This document shows positions 1-7,981 of a stretch of DNA of 24,472 nucleotides, one piece after another; the stretch's first letter is position 1; each line of letters opens with the position of its first letter. The position numbers and the translations under genes were made by a program. This DNA is from Gemmatimonadales bacterium (GTDB lineage: Bacteria; Gemmatimonadota; Gemmatimonadetes; Gemmatimonadales; GWC2-71-9), in assembly GCA_041577295.1 (NCBI GenBank), contig JBFGJG010000057.1, forward strand, positions 1 to 24,472, written 5' to 3'. The notes under the pieces are model-generated. The model saw nothing but the letters and a program-made list of their open reading frames with translations. It ran no database searches and was not told the origin of the DNA.

Positions 1-465
1 AGCACCGTCGCCACGACGGGGGCGTGCGTGCCCGTCGCCTTCGCTTCCGCGACGAGAGTCGTGAGCATCCGCCGCGCCTCGTCTTCCCGACCGGCAAGGG
101 CCAACGCTCGCGCGAGCGCTGCCCGTGGCTTGGCGCCCGCATTCGAGTGGGTGACGGCGCTTTCGTACGCGGCGATGGCCGCGTGCAGTTCGCCCGCCGC
201 CTCCCGCACTTGACCGAGATGGATCTGCGCCATCCAGTTCGTCGAGTCGAGCTCGAGCGCATGTTCGATATGCTCCAGCCCGCGCGTGGGATGACCGGCC
301 AGGAAGAGTGCGAATCCCAACGCCGAGTGTGCCGATGCGGCGAGCGGATCCAGCTCCGTCGAGGTTCTGATCTCGGCGACGGCGTTATCGAAGCGACCCA
401 TGGACTCGAGGAGAAATCCGTACCAGATGCGCGCGATCGGATAGTTGGGGTCGAGCGCAATGGCC
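1..465 (-). pseudogene. Internal TPR-repeat segment of a TolB-like/TPR protein, inverted relative to its own C-terminus
   Basis: Manual minus-strand translation, open from 479 to the window edge: AIALDPNYPIARIWYGFLLESMGRFDNAVAEIRTSTELDPLAASAHSALGFALFLAGHPTRGLEHIEHALELDSTNWMAQIHLGQVREAAGELHAAIAAYESAV...AALARALALAGREDEARRMLTTL...THAPVVATV. It shows a 34-aa TPR spacing (ALDP/ELDP/ELDS). An in-frame stop (TAG, 480-482) lies just upstream, so the frame begins mid-repeat. Not in the ORF track. Confidence 0.8.
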
Positions 466-591
466 TGGCTCGAGAACGCCTACCGTGAGCGACAACCCGA
501 CCTGCAGCGCATCACCGCCGACCCGAGATTCGCCGGTCTGCGAGACGACGTGCGCTTTGTGGATTTGCTCGATCGGATTGGACTGCCATGA
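457..591 (+). pseudogene. C-terminal fragment of the same type of TPR protein
   Basis: Plus frame 1 reads AMAWLENAYRERQPDLQRITADPRFAGLRDDVRFVDLLDRIGLP* (TGA 589-591). This matches the 'WLE.AY.ER...DPRF..LR.D.RF..LL.R.GL' terminus typical of TolB/TPR-tailed kinases, cyclases and regulators. An in-frame TAG at 442-444 cuts it off from upstream sequence. Confidence 0.8.
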
Positions 592-592
592 T

Positions 593-680
593 TGAGTGCA
601 GAATGCAGAGTGCAGATTGCAGAACTAGTGCAGAGTGAACAAGCCCGTTCTGCACTCTGCATTTCTGCACTCTGCACTCA
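593..680. repeat. Two opposed heptamer arrays (CAGAGTG-type) forming a ~33-bp imperfect inverted repeat
   Basis: 593-625 is TGAGTGCAGAATGCAGAGTGCAGATTGCAGAAC. The reverse complement of 647-680 is TGAGTGCAGAGTGCAGAAATGCAGAGTGCAGAAC. The element lies between the convergent TPR stop codon and the tRNA 3' end. Confidence 0.9.
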
Positions 681-682
681 GA

Positions 683-756
683 TAGCGGCGGAGGGACTCG
701 AACCCCCGACACGCGGATTATGATTCCGCTGCTCTAACCAGCTGAGCTACGCCGCC
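683..756 (-). tRNA. tRNA-Met (CAT), probably elongator; CCA not encoded
   Basis: Reverse complement GGCGGCGTAGCTCAGCTGGTTAGAGCAGCGGAATCATAATCCGCGTGTCGGGGGTTCGAGTCCCTCCGCCGCTA folds as a cloverleaf with anticodon stem GCGGA/TCCGC, anticodon CAT and T-loop GTTCGAG. It lacks the initiator C1 mismatch and the GGG/CCC anticodon stem, and lacks the C4/C5 pattern typical of tRNA-Ile2. Confidence 0.95.
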
Positions 757-766
757 AAGGGAATCA

Positions 767-772
767 AAGATA
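767..772 (-). promoter_or_regulatory. Possible -10 element (TATCTT) for the tRNA
   Basis: AT-rich TATCTT hexamer 10 nt upstream of the mature tRNA 5' end in otherwise GC-rich DNA. No clear -35 element. Confidence 0.35.
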
Positions 773-832
773 CCCACACCCCCACCCCCGACCAACCGCC
801 CTCCCCACACTCCTCCCTCCAAACGTCTCACC

Positions 833-2436
<1,604 letters not shown>

Positions 2437-3162
2437 CTACCCGGAGGCCTGCTTCGCGTCAACGGCAAAACCGTGGATCACGCGCCAGGTTTCATCTCGC
2501 AGACGCTCGCGGTCCTCGTAGGAAAGCCCCTCAGTAGTGATCGGTTTGCCAAAGAAGACCGTGACTGGCCTCGGACGTACGCGAAAGGTCCCCTTGGGGA
2601 GAATATCGAAGGTGTTGGCACAATACACCGGTATGAGCGGAACCTTGGCCGCAATCGCCAACACGAACGGCCCCTTCTTGAATGGCTGTAGGTCCCCTGT
2701 TCTGCTGCGCGTCCCCTCGGCGAAGACAACCGCATTCAAGCCGTTCCGGATTCCTTTGGCTGCCGCCTCGTACGCCTCGAAGGCTGCCGGGAGATTCTGG
2801 CGATCGATGATGACATGCCCCGCACTCACCATCGCCGGCCCAAAGAGCGGCACCTTGACCAGCTCCTTCTTGGCCACGAAGCGCACACCGTCCGGCAGCA
2901 CTGAGACAATGGCCAAGATATCAAAGAAAGACTGATGGTTGGAGATGAAGACGACCGAACGATCGCGTGGAACGTGCTCGAGGCCCACCGTCTTCACCTT
3001 CACGCCGCTCGTCCACAGAACCACCTTCGCCCAGCGCCGCTGCCACACCTCATACGGTCCACCCCGACGGGACGGGATCCCCAACAGCCCTGCCACAATC
3101 GCTTTGGTGCCGTACCAGAGGGTGGCAAACGTGATGCCGATGAGATAGGTGAGGGTTCTCAT
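2437..3162 (-). CDS. plsC: 1-acyl-sn-glycerol-3-phosphate acyltransferase (lysophospholipid acyltransferase family)
   Basis: Motifs NHQSFFD (NHxxxxD), FVAKKEL, FAEGTRS and FKKG. Confidence 0.9.
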   Translation of the reverse strand: MRTLTYLIGITFATLWYGTKAIVAGLLGIPSRRGGPYEVWQRRWAKVVLWTSGVKVKTVGLEHVPRDRSVVFISNHQSFFDILAIVSVLPDGVRFVAKKELVKVPLFGPAMVSAGHVIIDRQNLPAAFEAYEAAAKGIRNGLNAVVFAEGTRSRTGDLQPFKKGPFVLAIAAKVPLIPVYCANTFDILPKGTFRVRPRPVTVFFGKPITTEGLSYEDRERLRDETWRVIHGFAVDAKQASG

Positions 3163-3172
3163 GGTTGACGGC

Positions 3173-3208
3173 GCAGGAGAGACAGCAGAGGCGGGAGAGA
3201 CAGAGGAG
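3173..3208. repeat. Degenerate 9-bp tandem repeat (4 units, 18-bp dimer)
   Basis: GCAGGAGAG ACAGCAGAG GCGGGAGAG ACAGAGGAG in the thiL-plsC spacer. Confidence 0.6.
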
Positions 3209-3249
3209 TCAGGATACGCCGGATCAGCGGGATGGGTGGGGGTGACATT

Positions 3250-4209
3250 CTAGAAATGTCGAAAACCATGTGGGAGGTCCAGTGGCGCCCCGTCGCGCAC
3301 CAGGCGGACACCTGTGCCTGCGTCGAGTTGCCCCACGCTCGTGAGACCGAGCTGAAACGCGTTCTCGAACTCACGCGCCGCATCGTGCCCAAAGTCCGGT
3401 GGCAAGGCGACCAGCAGCTCGTACTCTTCACCGCTCACGAGCGCTTGCTCGGGTGAGTCTGCGGCCGGGTGGACGGGAACACGATCGGCGTCGATGACGC
3501 ATTGGACGCCGGATGCGGCGGCGAGGTGCCCGGCGTCGTTGACGAGCCCATCGCTGATGTCGAGCATCGCACGAGCCCCGTGCTCGGCCAGCCACACCGC
3601 CTCCTGCACACGGGGGATCGGGTGCGCAAACCGCTCACGCGCCGCGCGGTCCGGCTCGACACACCGGTTCCACGCCGCGAGCGCAGCCGCGGGGGCTCCC
3701 AATGCGCCGGTGACCCACACGCCATCCCCCGCCCGCCCGCCGCGTCGGCGTAGCGGGCGCTTCGCCCGGCCCACCACTACCATGTCGATGATCAAGACCT
3801 CGCTCCGAACGAGATCTCCTCCCCACAGGGTGGCCCCCACCCTCGCGGCCGCATCGGCGATGCCTTCAATAAGCTGCGTCACCATCTCCTCCGGCCACTC
3901 TGCCGACAGACCCACACTCGTCAGCACGCCGAGCGGCTCGGCTGCCATCGCGGCGAGGTCCGACAGCGCCGCAAACGCCGCCCGTCGACCGATCTCGACC
4001 GGCTCGAGCCATCCCATGCGGAAATGCACATCCTCCACCGCCATGTCGGTCCCAACTGCCAGGAGCTCATCTCCCACCCGCACAATCGCACAGTCATCCC
4101 CCGAGGGTGCCGCACGATCCCCCAACCGCTCCCAGATGGCACGGATGCGATCGAACTCTCCGCCTTGCCCCAGACTCGTGTGGTCAAGACCATCACCTGG
4201 TGAGGTCAT
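3250..4209 (-). CDS. thiL: Thiamine-monophosphate kinase
   Basis: Motifs GEFDRI, GDDCA, D..VEDVHF, LSDLAAM, GGD, DISDGL..D and SGEEYEL, with a C-terminal GFRHF. RBS-like GGGAG upstream. Confidence 0.95.
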   Translation of the reverse strand: MTSPGDGLDHTSLGQGGEFDRIRAIWERLGDRAAPSGDDCAIVRVGDELLAVGTDMAVEDVHFRMGWLEPVEIGRRAAFAALSDLAAMAAEPLGVLTSVGLSAEWPEEMVTQLIEGIADAAARVGATLWGGDLVRSEVLIIDMVVVGRAKRPLRRRGGRAGDGVWVTGALGAPAAALAAWNRCVEPDRAARERFAHPIPRVQEAVWLAEHGARAMLDISDGLVNDAGHLAAASGVQCVIDADRVPVHPAADSPEQALVSGEEYELLVALPPDFGHDAAREFENAFQLGLTSVGQLDAGTGVRLVRDGAPLDLPHGFRHF

Positions 4210-4272
4210 TGCTCTCCCTGCACGGCTGTATTAGCGGGATTGGCGGGAACGGCCAGCCACGCAACCCCCGCT

Positions 4273-4363
4273 TACTCTTCACTCGTCACTCTACACTCTG
4301 CACTCTGCACTCTGCACTCTGCACTCTGCATTCTGCACTCTGCATTCTGCACTCTGCACTCTT
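4273..4363. repeat. Heptamer tandem array (CACTCTG)n, 13 in-phase units
   Basis: TACTCTT CACTCGT CACTCTA (CACTCTG)x5 CATTCTG CACTCTG CATTCTG CACTCTG CACTCTT. The last unit overlaps the nnr stop codon. Confidence 0.95.
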
Positions 4364-5903
4364 ACCCGACCGCCGGCATCGGCAAGCGCAGCAACACCGG
4401 TGGCTCGACGAGCGGTGGCTCGTTGAGCGAGCGCCAGAGCGACGGCAGTGCGGCGAGCACGTCGGCTGGTCGTGTTGCCCGGACACCGTGTTCGGCTGCC
4501 GCGAGCTCTGCGGCTCGGCCAAGCGTGTGCGCGCCGAGCGCCGCCGCGACGTGTGGCTCCAGACCTCGCGCTAGGAACGCGCCGATGAATCCGGCGAGGA
4601 GATCGCCGCTGCCACCCGTGGCGAGTGCCGGATTGCCGGCCGGCACGACGGTCACCGCTGCGCCGTCGGGGCGCGCAATGATGGTGGGTACGCCCTTGAG
4701 CAGCACCGTGGCGTGCGACCGAGCCCCGGCTTCGGCGGCGGCAGCGAATCGGTCCCCTTCTGCACGATCGGCGAGGTCCGGGAACGCGGCACGAAACTCA
4801 CCTGGATGGGGCGTCAACACGCGAGGAGCCGATCCCGCCATGATAGCGTTGCCAGCGTGGAGCGCGTCGGCGTCGATGACCACCGGGTCGGCGCAGCTCG
4901 CCATCACGGCGGAGACATACGCCTCTCGTTCGCGTCCGCGACCGAGTCCGGGTCCGAGCACCAATGCGTCGGCCCACTCAATTGCTTGGACCAACTCGGC
5001 TTCGAGTTTTGGTCCAAGCTCCGTGACCAGCGTGAGGGCATCGGGTAGCGATGCTTGGGCTGCCCGCACGGTGGGCTCACTGCCCGCGATGCGCACCAGA
5101 CCTGCACCGGCCCCAAACGCGGCCGACGCCGCATGGAGTGCGGCCCCGGCCATCGTGCGATCCCCACCGATGATCAACACGCGGCCGCGATCCCCTTTGT
5201 GCATTGGCACGTCAATCGACGGCAGCGACACCCGGGCGGTCCCGTCGTGAAAAAGCACGGGCCAGCGGGGATCGGGAGCCGGAAAGCCGATGTCGACGAT
5301 GACGATCTCGCCGCACCACTCGCGCGCCAAGAGGTGACCGCGGCGTGCGCCGCCAAACGTCAGCGTGAGAATGGCGCGGACCGGCCCGTGTGGTTGCCCG
5401 GTCGACAGATCCAGACCGGTCGGTCCATCGATTGCGACGACGGCTCCGCCGTGGCGTGAGATCTTGGTGGCGAGCTCGGCGATGACACCGCGCGGCGCTC
5501 CCGCGGCGCCAGTGCCCAGCAGGCCGTCGATGAGGACACCGGCGGGCGGCCATTCGACCTTGGCGCTCAGGAGCTCCACACCGGCATCGAGCGCCAGGTG
5601 CCGGTTCGCGTCGCAGTCCGGCGACCGCGCCTTATCAGTTTCCACAGCCCACACGGTCGCACCGGCGGCCCGCAGGGCGCGGCCCGCCACCCAGGCGTCA
5701 CCACCGTTGTTGCCGTGACCCGCCACCACGAGCACACCACGACCCAACGCTCGCGGCAACGTTTGCCCAATGACGGCCGCGGTCGCACGGCCCGCAGCTT
5801 CCATGAGGACGCGGCTGGGAATCTGTGCCGTGGAGGCCCGTTCGTCCCACGACGCCGCTTCGCCGGCATCGAGAACGGGTATGGGGTGCGGCTGGGGGGT
5901 CAC
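4362..5903 (-). CDS. nnr: Bifunctional NAD(P)H-hydrate epimerase/dehydratase (YjeF_N plus carbohydrate-kinase domain)
   Basis: N-domain motifs LMEAAG, GHGNNGGD, DGLLGTG and IDGPTG. C-domain motifs HKGDRG, GAGLV, GPGLG, IDADAL, LTPHPGEF, LKG and GNPALATGGSGD. Confidence 0.95.
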   Translation of the reverse strand: MTPQPHPIPVLDAGEAASWDERASTAQIPSRVLMEAAGRATAAVIGQTLPRALGRGVLVVAGHGNNGGDAWVAGRALRAAGATVWAVETDKARSPDCDANRHLALDAGVELLSAKVEWPPAGVLIDGLLGTGAAGAPRGVIAELATKISRHGGAVVAIDGPTGLDLSTGQPHGPVRAILTLTFGGARRGHLLAREWCGEIVIVDIGFPAPDPRWPVLFHDGTARVSLPSIDVPMHKGDRGRVLIIGGDRTMAGAALHAASAAFGAGAGLVRIAGSEPTVRAAQASLPDALTLVTELGPKLEAELVQAIEWADALVLGPGLGRGREREAYVSAVMASCADPVVIDADALHAGNAIMAGSAPRVLTPHPGEFRAAFPDLADRAEGDRFAAAAEAGARSHATVLLKGVPTIIARPDGAAVTVVPAGNPALATGGSGDLLAGFIGAFLARGLEPHVAAALGAHTLGRAAELAAAEHGVRATRPADVLAALPSLWRSLNEPPLVEPPVLLRLPMPAVG

Positions 5904-5911
5904 TCGAGAGG

Positions 5912-6005
5912 AGGTGTCAGGTGTCGGGGCGCCAGGTGTGCAATGTCACGTCTCGGGACCGGGACCGCGCGGAGCGCCTGACATCGTGAACCCGGCGCCT
6001 AACAC
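5912..6005. repeat. Degenerate AGGTGTC/GACACCT heptamer-derived repeats in imperfect inverted arrangement
   Basis: AGGTGTC AGGTGTC G GGGCGCC AGGTGTG on the left. GCGCCTGACATC and GCGCCTAACAC on the right, abutting the stop of the Zn-ribbon gene. Confidence 0.5.
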
Positions 6006-6200
6006 TTACTTGAAGCTCTGCCCGATGGCTCGCCCGAGGGAAATCTCGCCGTTATCGATTCGCAGATTGAAGCCGCAGTCGGGATTCGTACAGGCCCACG
6101 CCTTGTACCGGATCGGTGCTCCATCCCGCCCGTAGTCGGACAACGGCACGAGGACGGCCGTGCCACACTTCTGACACTTGGGCCACTGGATCTCGTCCAT
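6006..6200 (-). CDS. Small putative zinc-ribbon protein (64 aa)
   Basis: CQKC...CTNPDC cysteine pairs. Strong RBS GGGAGG 7 nt before the ATG. Fills the gap in a co-oriented gene run. Confidence 0.85.
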   Translation of the reverse strand: MDEIQWPKCQKCGTAVLVPLSDYGRDGAPIRYKAWACTNPDCGFNLRIDNGEISLGRAIGQSFK

Positions 6201-6261
6201 GGCTACGCCTCCCTTCCCCTGTGCTGAGCCATGTACTGCTTTTTGTGCGGGGAGTGCGGTG

Positions 6262-6651
6262 TCAACCCGTTCGAGCCACCCCCGCCCACGGATAGTTGCC
6301 TTCGAAGGCCTCTTCGAAGTCGAACACCGCGTTGAAATCTTCGATCCGATCGGATGTGTTCCTGATCAGCAGGCCGACGTCGATGAGCGTGAAGACGATC
6401 CGGCCGATGTCCTCGGTAGTTTCGATGCCCCAATGGGAGAGAACGGTGCGAGCAGTCAGGCCAAACTGGTCGATGCCGAAGTCGCGGCACGACTTGGCCA
6501 ACTCTTGCCCCGAGATGTGCCCCCGCGTCGGACGCCGCCGCTGACAGTACTCCAATGCCGCCAACACGAACAGGTACGCCCGCTCATGATAGCGGCCGTC
6601 CCGCGCGCGAATGCGGTTCATGATCTCGTCAGCTAAGTGTAGTTCTAGCAC
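6262..6651 (-). CDS. Minf_1886-family protein (unknown function)
   Basis: Motifs D.RY...AY.FV..AL, HISGQEL, QFG..ARTVL..WGI..TEDIG.IVF.L...G.L and D.IEDF...FDF.EAF. Start trimmed to GTG 6651 (ATG 6621 is an alternative) because the longer ORF overlaps glyA. Confidence 0.8.
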   Translation of the reverse strand: MLELHLADEIMNRIRARDGRYHERAYLFVLAALEYCQRRRPTRGHISGQELAKSCRDFGIDQFGLTARTVLSHWGIETTEDIGRIVFTLIDVGLLIRNTSDRIEDFNAVFDFEEAFEGNYPWAGVARTG

Positions 6652-6694
6652 GTCACAAAGGTGAAGGCGTGGCACCGAAGCGGCAAGGGGACCC

Positions 6695-7963
6695 CTAGCT
6701 CGCCGCCGGTGCCGCCGCGCTGTAGAGGGGGAAACCCATTGTGAGTTCACGCACCTCCTCGACAACATCCTCCGATGGCTCACCCTCCGCATGCTGCAAC
6801 ACCGCATCAATCAAGCCAGCGACCCGCCTCATCTCATCCTCCCGCATGCCGCGAGTGGTGAGTGCGGGCGTCCCGAGCCGGATGCCGCTGGTCACGAACG
6901 GCGACCGTGGGTCGCCGGGCACCGTGTTCTTGTTGACGTGGATGCCAACCCGGTCGAGCGCTGCCTCAGCCACCTTGCCGGTGAGCCCCTTGTTCCGGAG
7001 ATCCACCAGCACCAGATGGGTGTCGGTCCCACCCGAGACGAGACGGTAGCCGCGCTCCATCAATGCGTCACCCAACGCCACCGCGTTGCGGACGATCTGG
7101 GCCGCATACGCCTTGAACGATGGGTGTAGGGCCTCTCCGAAACCGACAGCCTTCGCAGCGATCACGTGCTCGAGTGGTCCGCCTTGCGTTCCGGGAAACA
7201 CCTGTTTGTCGATCGCCTTGGCCAAGCTCGCACGGCACAAGATGAGCCCGCCGCGGGGGCCACGAAGGGTCTTGTGGGTCGTGCTGGTGACGATGTCGGC
7301 GTGCGGGATGGGCGACGGATGCACGCCGCCGGCCACCAGCCCCGCGAAGTGTGCCATGTCCACCAGTAACGTCGCCTCCACCTCCCCGGCAATCGCGGCG
7401 AACGCCGCAAAGTCGATGATGCGAGAGTATGCGCTCCCCCCCGCGATGATGAGTTTGGGCCGCTCCACCGTTGCCACGTCCCGAACGCGATCCATGTCAA
7501 TGAGACCGGTTGCCTCATTCACTTGATACTGCACGGCGCGGAATAGCCGACCGCTCACGTTCACCGGCGAGCCATGGGTGAGGTGTCCGCCGTGCTGCAA
7601 TTCCAGACCCATGAGGGTGTCCCCAGGGTCGAGGACCGCAAGATAGGCCGCAATGTTGGCTTGCGTCCCGCTGTGCGGTTGCACGTTCGCGTGCTCGGCG
7701 CCGAACAGCTCTTTGGCACGGTCGATGGCCAGTTGCTCGATCTCGTCCACCACCTCGCAGCCGCCGTAGTAGCGCCGCCCGGGGTAGCCTTCCGCGTACT
7801 TATTGGTGAGCTCCGACCCCAGTGCCTCGATCACCGCACGGGACGCGAAGTTCTCGCTGGCAATGAGCTCGAGCCCTTCCTCCTGGCGCGCCACCTCGCG
7901 CTGAACGAGGGCGGCAACCGTTGGATCGGCCGTTTCGAGGGAGCGTGTGAGGTCAGGTACCAC
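6695..7963 (-). CDS. glyA: Serine hydroxymethyltransferase
   Basis: Motifs [41 protein letters not shown] (PLP lysine) and SGIRLGTPA. Confidence 0.99.
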   Translation of the reverse strand: MVPDLTRSLETADPTVAALVQREVARQEEGLELIASENFASRAVIEALGSELTNKYAEGYPGRRYYGGCEVVDEIEQLAIDRAKELFGAEHANVQPHSGTQANIAAYLAVLDPGDTLMGLELQHGGHLTHGSPVNVSGRLFRAVQYQVNEATGLIDMDRVRDVATVERPKLIIAGGSAYSRIIDFAAFAAIAGEVEATLLVDMAHFAGLVAGGVHPSPIPHADIVTSTTHKTLRGPRGGLILCRASLAKAIDKQVFPGTQGGPLEHVIAAKAVGFGEALHPSFKAYAAQIVRNAVALGDALMERGYRLVSGGTDTHLVLVDLRNKGLTGKVAEAALDRVGIHVNKNTVPGDPRSPFVTSGIRLGTPALTTRGMREDEMRRVAGLIDAVLQHAEGEPSEDVVEEVRELTMGFPLYSAAAPAAS

Positions 7964-7981
7964 TAAGCTACTCTCTTTCTC

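Noticed and set aside
24..488. 154-aa plus-strand ORF at the window start
   Set aside because: Arg-rich antisense shadow of the minus-strand TPR frame.
480..712. Short minus-strand ORFs (MQSAEMQSAE..., ECRVQKCRVQ...)
   Set aside because: These are translations of the heptamer array and the tRNA gene, not genes.
592..756. Integrative-element attachment site at the tRNA-Met 3' end
   Set aside because: No integrase and no duplicate of the tRNA 3' end within the window. It cannot be excluded beyond the left edge.
4210..4272. TPP riboswitch upstream of thiL (sense strand has GGGGG...TAATAC...AGGGA)
   Set aside because: The core CUGAGA and ACCUGAU motifs are absent and the segment is short. Only an imperfect hairpin is supported.
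4273..4363. CRISPR array
   Set aside because: Contiguous 7-bp units with no spacers, and no cas genes.
4107..5250. Plus-strand ORFs containing LHSALCT repeats
   Set aside because: Read-through of the heptamer array plus antisense to thiL and nnr.
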